Shown: piece by piece, positions 53,087-64,000 of the stretch
Layout of the letters: every line of letters starts with the position of its first letter
Position numbering within the stretch: position 1 is the first letter of the stretch
Assembly: GCF_006345805.1 (NCBI RefSeq)
Contig: NC_043006.1
Location: forward strand, 95,294,001 to 95,358,000
DNA: 64,000 bases
Origin: Octopus sinensis
Lineage: Eukaryota
Direction: 5' to 3'
Program-made: the position numbers and the translations under genes
Notes under the pieces: model-generated
The model's input: the letters and a program-made list of their open reading frames with translations, nothing else
Database searches by the model: none
Told to the model about the DNA's origin: nothing

Positions 53087-53247
53087 CGCAGGAGTGGCTG
53101 TGTGGTAAGTAGCTTGCTTACCAACCACATGGTTCCGGGTTCAGTCCCACTGCGTGGCACCTTGGACATGTCTTCTACTATAGCGTCGGGCCGACCAAAG
53201 CCTTGTGAGTGGATTTGGTAGACGGAAACTGAAAGAAGCCCGTCGTA
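53085..53247 (+). mobile_element. SINE family A 5' half
   Basis: ggcgcaggagtggctgtgtgg...gggttcagtccc. Confidence 0.88.
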
Positions 53248-53997
53248 TATATGTATATTTAGATGTTTATATATAATATATATATATAAGCATATATACG
53301 TACATATAGGTACATACCTACATATGTATGTATATATTCATGTATATATACATGGAAATATTGGTATAGGACGACAAAAATACGTGAACAAAACGAAAAC
53401 GAGAACATAAAAAACAAAAACATGGAAAAGGAACTTTTTTTGAACAACGATAGAAACAAATAGGGAAACGAGACAGGCAACAAAAAGAACAATCCTTCCA
53501 TCAGATATGAGTAAGTGTGTATATGTGTGTGTGTGTGTGTGTGTTTTCCAGCGCTGGTCACTAAGCAATATCATTTAGACAAAAACGTGGGCGTTCTGTT
53601 CCGAGTTGGTTTAAATTGAAACAACTCTAAGTACCACTAATAGTTCGTAGTTAGTTAATATTACTATTATAAACCAGCTATGAAAAATTTATGTACATTC
53701 TGATGTAATGTAAATATAAGGTTTAATAGTTTAATCATGAAACAGAATAACAGACAAACAAAACGATTCTTGGTTCTCTGTTATTTTCCTCTGCAGATTA
53801 GTCCTAGACTAAAAGTGTGCCGATCTACAAACACGCAGAGAGGCTTCTACCACCAAGCTTTATGAGAGATCGAACATCATTTGATAACATCAAATCTAAT
53901 CGACCATAACGACTCAGTTAAAATATCAAAGTGTTACACGTAAAGATGGCGCGGTTGAGATTAAACAAACACACGCTAATAAATATATATATATATA

Positions 53998-54402
53998 GGC
54001 TGTGTGGTAAGTAGTTTGCTAACCAACCTCATGGTTCCGGGTTCAGTCCCACTGCGTGGCATCTTGGGTAAGTGTCTTCTGCTATAGCCCCGGGCCGACC
54101 AATGCTTTGTGAGCGGATTTGTAGACGGAAACTGAAAGAAGCCTGTGTCGTATATATGTTATTATGTATGGTATGTATATGTTTGTGGGTCTATGTTTGT
54201 TCCCCTAGCATTGCTTAACAACCGATGCTGGTGGTTTACGTCCCCGCCACTTAGCGGTTCGGCAAAAGAGACCGATAGAATAAGTACTGGGCTTACAAAG
54301 AATAAGTACGGGGTCGATTGCTCGACTCGACTAAAGGCGGTGTGCTCCGCATGGCCGCAGTCAAATGACTGAAACAAGTAAAAGAGTAAAAGAGTAAAAG
54401 AG
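53998..54402 (+). mobile_element. SINE family A, near full length
   Basis: tRNA-like head, internal (TA/TG) spacer, tail ending (gtaaaaga)3. Confidence 0.9.
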
Positions 54403-54944
54403 AATATATATGCGAACAATATATACGTGCATGTGCCAAGTACCAATCCATGTGTACATATATCTATAAAGGCATCTATACATACATGCATATATACAAG
54501 CATACATACATACGTACATGCATAGATAGCTATACATACTTAATATAAATATGTATGTACGTCTGTTTGTGTGTGTGTATGCGTGTTTGTGTGTGAGTGT
54601 GTGTATGTCTGTATATACCTATGAAGTGTATACACACACATACGTATTACAGTAAAACATATACACACAAACAAACACACATCCACATCGCATTTCACCA
54701 TACGGATTTTTACTCAAGAAGATAGTGCACCTCTCGCAAATTTATCTGTGTTAATAGAGAAACAGTATACTACATGCATATTGAGATGTATATGTATATA
54801 CATATACACATTTATATGCATGCATATATATATATATATATTATATATATATAGATATATATATATATATGTATATATATCTATAATATACATACATACA
54901 CATATATATATATTGTGCTTATATATATCTATATGTATTCTTTT

Positions 54945-55130
54945 ATTCTCTAATTTGTTTCAGTCATTTCACTGCGGCCATGTTGGAGCACCGCCTTTAG
55001 TCGAGCAAATTGACCCCAGGACTTATTCTTTGTAAGCCTAGTAATTATTCTATCGGCCTCTTTTACCGAACCACTACATTAAGGGAACGTAAACACACCA
55101 CCATTGGTTGTCAAGCGATAGTGGGGGAGG
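54945..55130 (-). mobile_element. SINE family A 3' half
   Basis: Reverse complement of about 54200-54385. Confidence 0.85.
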
Positions 55131-55145
55131 AGAAACACGAACACA

Positions 55146-55198
<53 letters not shown>

Positions 55199-55514
55199 AC
55201 AGACATATATGTAGTGAGAGCGTATCTGTTCTCGATATAGGATGTAGCCCCCTATTTAAAAGGGAAATTATGATTCTGCAATACTGCAATACTCCAATAC
55301 TGTATATATTAAGACCTCTGATCTGTATTCATTTGAAAATTCACTAATTCCATTCTCCTTACTAAAGTAAGAGGTTTACCAAAACACTTGCCATGCTCTG
55401 ACAATTTAGGTAAACGATGCTTTGTTACCTTTCATCACGCATGAATCCATTAAGTACTGGCAGATTATCAATATTAATATGCATGCCGTTGTAGCTGCCG
55501 ATATTGTTGCGACC

Positions 55515-55587
55515 AATGATGCTGCTACTGCTGCTGCTGCTACTGCTGCTGCTGCTTCTGCTGCTGCGGCTTCTGCTGCTGCTGCTG

Positions 55588-55618
<31 letters not shown>

Positions 55619-55658
55619 AACTACTACAACTACTACTACTACTACTACTACTACTACA

Positions 55659-55704
<46 letters not shown>

Positions 55705-55717
55705 ATAATAATAATAA
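55515..55717. repeat. (CTG)n-(CTA)n-(ATA)n
   Basis: Direct. Confidence 0.97.
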
Positions 55718-58434
55718 CTGCAAAACAATGTGACAACAGAATTGAACGGACCGGTACCCTACGAAAATGACGACCGTCAAAATAATGGGCCGGACGCTGT
55801 TCCTCATGTCCCGCAAGTAAAACGCAAAAAGGCTTAAATGGTCACGTGAGGAATACATTTCAATCCGACACGCTTATTTTACAGCAGTGCTATACCCAAG
55901 CAGGGAAAACACAATAACATATTCATATAAAATATGGAAGAAAAATAACATAAATAAAGACCTGGCTATGGCAATGAATCCTAATAAACTAGCAAATATA
56001 CGGAGATATATTCTCAACGCAAACACGAAGACAAACGTAACATTTCCAACAAAAACGATGTAAACAAAAAACAACAAACCCAGACGGTAAAGATATTACA
56101 CGGCAAACAGCAAGCCAAAACACGACAAACAAACATACAAATTAGAAAGAAAACGACTGAAATCTGAAACTGGAAACAACGAACGGGAGCCTAATGATTA
56201 TGATAATATAAAAAGTAGAATAATCAAAGAACTGAAAACCACAAAGCTCAAAATAGACCACCGACCATACCTTCCAAAAATCAAAATAGACAAAACAACA
56301 CCAATTAGAAACAGCATAAACCTAGCCATCACGGAACTAATAACCACTGAAACAAAAAGCGATATCACTGAGCTAAATGACTTAGTATACGCAGCAGTCA
56401 CTGCAGCCACAAAAGACGCTGGATACTCCCTCAAACCCATCCAAACAGGAGTAACACCACCCAAACAAACCCTGTGGATAAATAACATCCATAACAAAAT
56501 ACAAAAAAATTAGAAAAGATCTATCGATTCTTAATGAATTCAGTAGACAATCAACGCTACTGAGCAACAAGAAGAAAACAAAAATACTCCGCAAATACAA
56601 CATCACAGAAAAAGATTTACTTGAGATAAAAGGAAAGCTAAAGCAAGATATCCTTGCAAAAGCACAAAGGATCCGCCGGTATGAGAAACGCCAACGTTTC
56701 TTTGAACAAAACAAACAGTTCAACTCCAGCCCCCAAAAGTTCTACCAAGAACTTGGCAAAAATAAAATAGAAATCACTGCAGCACCAACGGCAGAAGAAG
56801 TGGAAGAATTCTGGAATGAAATATGGTCGGCGAATGAACGACCAAAAAAAAAAAGGAGTATTAAAACAACAAACTCCGCATCTGAGCAACTTTGGACCCC
56901 CATAACAACTGAAGTGGTCACCCAGGCACTGCAAAGACTAAGCAACTAGAAGGCACCTGGGCATGACAAGATCCCCAACTTCTGGTTGAAATATTTAACA
57001 GGAATCCACAAAAAGCTGGCTGAAATGTCTAACAACATACTAGCAGAACCAGAGACAATGCCTGAATGGCTCACGAAGAGGAAAACCATCTTAATTCCCA
57101 AATCAAATGAGACAGCAAAACCAGAAAACTACAGACCTATAACCTGTCTCCCTACAATGTACAAAGCATTTACTGCAGTAATATCGCAAAGATTTAACAA
57201 GCACCTGGACGAAAACAACCTGTTTCCAGAAGAGCAGAAAGGATGCCGCAAAGGCTCATATAGCTGTAAAGAGCAACTAATGATCAATAAAGCCCTAACT
57301 GAAGACAGCCACAGAAAGAAGAAAGGCCTCAGTCTGGCCTGGATCGACTACAAAAAGGCGTTTGATAGCATCCCCCACACATGGATCCTCGAAACACTAG
57401 CCATTAACAAAGTAGCACCAACAATCATAAAATTCATAGAGCACTCTATGAATAAATGGCAAACAGTCCTACACCTCCAAACAAAAGAGGGACTCATGAA
57501 AACCAAAGACATCCCCATTAGAAGAGGAATATTCCAGGGATATACGCTCTCTCCACTCCTTTTCTGCATGGCACTGTAACCTCTATCGGATATGCTAAAC
57601 AGAACTGGATGCGGATATATATGTTACGGCAAAACGATCAGCCACCTTTTATATATGGATGACCTAAAACTATACGCTACAAATGACAAACAGCTGGAAA
57701 CACTACTAAAGACAGTTCATGAATTTACCAAAGAAATAGATATAAAATTTGGATTAGAAAAATGCGCCAAAGTAACCCTGAAAAGAGGAAAACTAGTTAA
57801 GAGTAACAACATCACACTAGATAAAACCAATGAAATAAAAGAATTAGACCAAAGCCAAACTTACAAATACTTAGGAATCCATGAACTAGATAAGACACAA
57901 CACACAAATGAAAGAGAAAATAAAAAAGGAATATTATAGACGAGTTAGATCAATACTAAAAACAGAGCTTAATGCTAAAAATAAGATAATACGTATTAAC
58001 ACTTTAGCCGTCCCAGTTATAAGTTACAGCTACAATATCCTTAACTGGACACTAAATGAACTGACCAAAATAGATATGAAAACAAGAAAAATAATGACAG
58101 GATCTAGGATGCATCACCCTAAATCTGACATAGAAAGGCTATATACAACGTATAGAAGGTGGTAGAGGACTTATACAGCTGGAAAACTACTATAATAACA
58201 CCATAGGACTGCAAAATATCTACTTCAGAGGAAGGAAAAATGATACAAATAGCGGCAAAACACGAGCAAAACAAAAAACTGTTCTCAGTATTTAAGGAAG
58301 CTGACAAATACACAAGAAATCACCACCTAATAAACAAGAAGAAAGAAGAAGAATAGAAGAAGAAGAAGAAGAAGAAGAAGAAGAAGAAGAAAATAAGAAG
58401 AAGAAGAAGAAAGAAGAAGAGAAGAAGAAAAGAC

Positions 58435-58465
<31 letters not shown>

Positions 58466-59425
58466 AAAGAAGAAGAAAGAAGAAGAAACAACAAAAGCTA
58501 TAAAACAAATGAAATCCAAACTAAAAATAGAACAGCAACGAACCATGATAAAACGATGGCAAGAAAAGCCCCTTCATGGCAAATACTGGACTAAACTAAA
58601 TGCAAAAGAAATAGACAAAGAAGAATCCCAGCAACGGTTGAGAAGCTCAGGACTCAAAGCAGAGACAGAAGGATTTTTAATTGCAGCACAAGACCAAAGT
58701 CTCCCCACCAGAAATTACCAAAAGCATGTAATGAAAAGAAATATAACAAGTAACTGCAGAATATGCGGAGATGGACAAGAAACAATAAATCATATTATCT
58801 CTGGCTGCCCAGTCCTGGCTAAGAAGGAATATATTCACAGACACGACACAGTTGGGACCTATATACACTGGAAACTATGCAAACATTATGAAATAACAAC
58901 AGAAAAAAGAAGGTATAGGCACACACCAGAAAAGGTCACAGAAAACGATAATGCAACCATACTCTGGGATATGCCGATACACACAGATAGAGAAATTAAG
59001 GCCAACAGACCAGATATAGTTGTCAGAGATCATGAAGAAAAAAAAATGTTTTCTAATTGATGTATCAATACCAGCGGATGACAACGTGTCTCTAAAAGAA
59101 ATGGAGAAACTTTCAAAATACAAAGACCTGGAAATAGAGGTAACCAGCATGTGGAATCTAAAAAACAGAAACAATTCCTATCATAATAGGTATATTAGGC
59201 GGGGTAAAAAAATATTCAGACAAATACATAACAAAAACACCAGGACTTACAAACACGTATAACATACAGAAAATTGCACTACTAGGCACTGCACACATCC
59301 TATGCAGAACACTTTCCATACAATAACCATCAGAGCATCACAACAAATTACAGCACATACCCAAGGCACACAGAGCTGCGCTCGGTAGTGAAGTGAAAGC
59401 ACGCTATAAAAATAAAACTACTGAA
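55718..59425 (+). mobile_element. R4/Dong-type LINE, near full length, decayed (RT, CCHC and restriction-like endonuclease)
   Basis: WIDYKKAFDSIPH, IFQG..LSPLLF, HLLYMDDLKLY, CRICGDGQETINHIISGC, RPDIVV, LIDVSIP and KLSKY. The 3' end runs into (ATA)n. Confidence 0.93.
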
Positions 59426-59427
59426 TG

Positions 59428-59483
<56 letters not shown>

Positions 59484-59484
<1 letters not shown>

Positions 59485-60062
59485 CCGATCAAGTAACACC
59501 CGAGTGGTTGACATTGTGTAGGACAGTGCTGTGCTTAAAATAACATCGAAAAAGGCAATACGGTAGACAATTACATGCCGACATCTTGTTTGCCACTTAT
59601 GTGAAAGTTATATATACTCGCAGAGTCAATATACGAGCATCTGGAAAAAAATGGAGTCCTGCCACATGAGCAGAAGGATCGCAATCGTAAGTACCAAGTA
59701 GAAGTACCAAGGATCAACTCCTGATTGACAAAACTCTACTCAAGGACTGCAAGAGAAGGATAAGTAACTTAGCCATGTCATGGATCGACTATCGTAAGGC
59801 GTACGATATGGCATGGATAATGGCATGTATGAACGTATTTGGTATTGCAACGAATGTTGAGTGATTGCTTGGAAAAAGTATGGCGAATTGGTGGACGGAC
59901 CTCACAGCATACGGAAGAAGCTTAGGGACAGTAGAAATTAGGAGAGGCATCTTCCAAGGGGACTGCCTATCCCCACTGATCTTTGTACTATGCTTAATAC
60001 CACTAACACTGATTCTCAGGAAAGCGAAAGCTGGGTATGTATTCAAAAGCCGCCAACAAAAA
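59484..60062 (+). mobile_element. RT fragment of a second R4/Dong-type family
   Basis: [25 protein letters not shown] and RRGIFQGDCLSPLIFVLCLIPL. Starts straight after (AAT)n. Confidence 0.85.
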
Positions 60063-60464
60063 TGATGACGACGACGACGGCGACCACCAAGGTGACATGT
60101 ATTCTTGTTGTTTCTGTTATTATTATGTTGTTCTTTTCCCTTGAAATTTGTTTCCATTTCTTGCCGAATGACTTTCTGTAGTCTAGGGCAATGATAATGC
60201 GGCCGTGTCATGTGGCATGCATTTTCCATATTTTTTCTTGAGAACTAATAGGACATTTACATTAGATATTACTAATGTTGGCTCTGCTAGTATTACTGAA
60301 CAGGGTTTCGTAACGACAGAATGACCTCCGCTAATTTTAGATTTAGTAGAAGTATGTTACAATGAGAGCCAAACCAAATATGCCACGCATTTTTGTACGT
60401 TTAGAAAATACTGTGGCTTCAACCATTGATGATGCAAAATATTTTCTCATTGGTATTTTGTACG

Positions 60465-60540
60465 GGCTTATGGCGTAGTGGTTAAGAACGTCGGCTACTA
60501 ATCCCAAGATTCCGAGTTCGATTCCAGGCAGTGATCTGAA
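60465..60540 (+). mobile_element. tRNA-like SINE head
   Basis: A box tggcgtagtgg and B box gagttcgattcc, but the stems do not close a cloverleaf. Confidence 0.55.
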
Positions 60541-61310
60541 AAAAAATAAAGTGAATCTATTCTTTTGGATAATTTAGCTTGTAAGCTTTAAAAACTATGG
60601 GGATATTAATGAAGCGTATTCAAGGAGCTTGCTTCCCAACCTCTTAGTTTCGGGTTCAGGTCCACGATGTGGCACCTTGAGTAAATGTTATCTACTTAAG
60701 CAAGATTTGGAGGACCTATGTAAGTTCAGGGAGACTCCGATCTAACCTTTAAAAACAATCTAGTAATAAATGTCGATGTTATAAACCAGTTTAAGGTCAG
60801 AAATTTTGTTTACTTTTTCTTGCCTCTTGCTTAGTGAAGTTACGAAGGTAACTGACACATTTTTCTTATCACACACAGAAGAATAATTTAAGTTGTGCTT
60901 AGGTAACAGATCTGGCTTTTGCGCTTGCATTATAGTGGACTGCGCTGAAGTCATCCAAAAAATCAGGTGATTGCATTCAACGGACGATTGATGAAGCCCA
61001 ACATCCGTGAACAAAAAAGACCCGTGGAACAGTTTTCAGCACAGTTGATGTTAAAACTCATTCATAACGATTTGCTTTATCATTAGCTAAGGTTGAAAAG
61101 AGTTGCTAAAATTCCTCAACAGAGAATCGAACCGAAACCCCGTAGGATTTGCTGGCTACTTAAACGTAAAGTACAAGGGAAAATAAATGATTACTGAAGG
61201 TACATTTATGTTATGTATTTAATAGCTTCCCAGAGAAAGGAAAAACAAATATATAGACTTACTTCTATATACACTTCCAGTGCGTATATGTATGATATTG
61301 TTTATATGTT

Positions 61311-61513
61311 ACTCTTTGACTCTTTTATTAATTTCAGTCATTTAACTGTGGCCACGCTAGAGCACCGCAAAGACTTACTCTTCGTAAGCCTGGTACTTAT
61401 TCCATGTTACGGGGACATAAATACACCAACATCGATTGTGAAGTGATAGTGGGGCACAGACACAGACATGCAAATGTATATATATATATATATATACCAA
61501 ACAAAATTTCTTA

Positions 61514-61552
<39 letters not shown>

Positions 61553-61718
61553 CGGGCTTCTTTCAGTTTCCGTCTACCAAATAGACTTGCAAGCCTTTGG
61601 TCGGGTCGAGACTACAGCAGAAGACGCTTGCCCAAGGTGCCAGGCAGTGGAACTGAACCCGAAACCATGTGGTTGGGAAGCAAGCTTGTTGCCACATAGC
61701 CACAGCTACTCCTGCGCC
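61311..61718 (-). mobile_element. SINE family A
   Basis: Reverse similarity to 53998-54402. Confidence 0.85.
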
Positions 61719-61829
61719 TATACATATATATATATATATATATATAATATATAATATATTAAATATATATGTATTTGTGTGTACTGTATATATACATATA
61801 TATATATATAATATATATATATATATATG

Positions 61830-61877
61830 CCTAGATAGATAGATAGATAGAGAGACAGACAGACAGACAGCCAGACG

Positions 61878-61933
<56 letters not shown>

Positions 61934-61955
61934 TAAGATAGATAGATAGATAGAT
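61830..61955. repeat. (GATA)n/(GACA)n
   Basis: Direct. Confidence 0.97.
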
Positions 61956-61989
61956 ATGAGAAATGCCTTTTCTAAGAATATAGAACAAA

Positions 61990-62140
61990 GTCATCATTTG
62001 TGAAATTATGCGAATCGTAACTGTGAGCAGGGCAATAGTGAGTAGAAGAATGCTTTTCTAAAAGCTTTCATGAAGCCGTCTAGATTGCTATTATTTATGA
62101 CCAAATTTACATTAAGGAGGCCTGTGTCTTAATTTCAGAT
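61990..62140 (+). mobile_element. Possible hAT transposase dimerisation-domain remnant
   Basis: ICEIMRIVTVSRAIV, then after a frameshift VEECFSK, resembling xPxSSAxxERxFS. Confidence 0.35.
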
Positions 62141-62744
62141 CGGTTTTATAGCTTTATTATTTATTAGGGATCTTTTCAACGATTGATAAAAGAAGAGACA
62201 TGCAATCATGCTTGAAATAATTTTTGGCAAAATAATACGCATTTTCATATTGCATTCTCGTTTGATTTTCGGTGAACGTGTAAAGCTTATATATTTATAT
62301 TTCTGTATTCATTTATTTTTACTCACTTACTGTGTGCTGTACAATAGCCAAAGCACACTTAGAGAAACTTGGAAGTGATGTTAAGTCGTTTAGAATAATG
62401 AAAAAAAATATCATTTTCTTATCTAATGAACGGAAAATGTGTCCGGTTGAGCGGATAAGAATCCCGATTCACAGTGAACCGGTCAACATGCCCTAGTATT
62501 ACGACAGATTCAACGCAATCCAAGCACAAAAGATGCAGAGGATCGCAACAGTGCCGATCTATAAATGCCGATACACAAATTTGGCATAAACGCACAAGAG
62601 GAAATGATTTACGGGTAATAATGTTTCAATAAATATCTAACTGTAAACACAACAAAATCAAGCCTACATCTTACATCCATTCTTCAGTTGATCCATTTGT
62701 CCATATATCAGTTCATTCCTTTATTTTTATAGATATATACACCC

Positions 62745-62792
<48 letters not shown>

Positions 62793-62804
62793 ACAATATA
62801 TATA

Positions 62805-62839
<35 letters not shown>

Positions 62840-62855
62840 GATAGATAGAGAGAGA

Positions 62856-62887
<32 letters not shown>

Positions 62888-62989
62888 AAGAGATAGAGAG
62901 ATAGAGAGATAGATATAGATATAGATATATAATTATATATCTGTATATGTATATATATATGTAATTATATATATGTATATATATATATA

Positions 62990-63036
<47 letters not shown>

Positions 63037-63288
63037 ATCTATATATGCATGTATGTATGTAGCTTCATTTAAATAGCTAAGAAGCGGAACTTTTATGAAA
63101 AAGACATTAAGTAAGGCTACTAAATCGCACATGAATTAACAACAAAACCACCACAAACACACACACACACGTGTGTGTATGTGTGTATCTGTAAACAAGC
63201 TCTTTATACCATAAATATACACCTGCAAATATATATATATATATATATATAGCTATCAGTTCATACGCACGTGCACGTGCCCGCACAT

Positions 63289-63320
<32 letters not shown>

Positions 63321-64000
63321 GTAAATATTTAAATATATACACATATGTTTACTATATATACACATTATATGGTCATGCAACTCTGTGTCTATATATTTAT
63401 ATAGCCATACACATAAGGACACCTTATACAGAATCCGAGAGAATGAGAGAGATACGAGTAAGAAAATGGCGGAAAAAGGGGGAAGACGGGAAGAGACAAA
63501 AGTATATAAACCACTACACGTCTATTTTAAATAGCTTTTAAAAATAACAAACAAGAAAAAACTATCCCCAAATCGAAATGATAATCGCAGAACAGCATGC
63601 GCCCATACAATAAAACATTCTCCACTTGTTATCCATTACATTAGTATAAACGTTGAAGTTGAGGCAAATATATGTAAATACTTTCCGGATCTGTAGCTGC
63701 TCCACTGGCGCTGCTCAACGCTGCGTTAAGCGTATCAATACACAGCACAGGCAAATAAACAAGTAAATGAATACAATGATTAGACGAGCAACGGGAAACT
63801 TGTTGCAAAGAATAGTTTCAAATCTCACTAAAATTTATACCATACACATTTGGTTTACCGTTTCATTCACATGTTTTATCAACAATATATTTCCTCCATG
63901 TTTATATTGAATGGATTAAGCACAGTTGGGGAATTTGTTGTGCTGTATGTATGTATGTAATCTCTTAATAGGTAAGAAATTAGGAGGGTGGCTGCATTGC

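Noticed and set aside
60465-60540. Possible tRNA gene
   Set aside because: A and B boxes are present but the acceptor and anticodon stems do not pair. The tRNA-like heads elsewhere continue into SINE bodies.
60805-60915. 13-nt micro-exon (60835-60847) between a pyrimidine tract AG and GTAACT
   Set aside because: Such matches are expected by chance in AT-rich DNA, and no gene context supports it.

Overview
Eukaryotic, AT-rich, microsatellite-saturated genomic DNA with one 100-N scaffold gap (10342-10441). It is most likely from an octopus; this is inferred from the tRNA-derived SINE families and repeat landscape, not from a database match. I found no host gene I can support, and almost all short ORFs in the track are translations of simple repeats. 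The window is built of mobile elements: a very young Neptune-like Penelope element (PLE; RT plus C-terminal GIY-YIG) in a head-to-tail tandem with an inverted 3' arm (1-7338), a second Neptune-like PLE (49623-52255), a Hydra-like PLE and several PLE 3' remnants. It also holds R4/Dong-type RLE LINEs in (TAA)n, a Tx1/L1 3' end in (TATC)n, a CR1 3' end, two Tc1/mariner remnants, a non-autonomous Helitron, fold-back/MITE elements and about 20 SINEs. The most notable signal is hidden RNA structure: about ten type I hammerhead ribozyme motifs from several PLE families, including a compensated U3:A8 core variant. Two of them lie 3994 nt apart on one strand and bracket the whole ORF of the tandem element.
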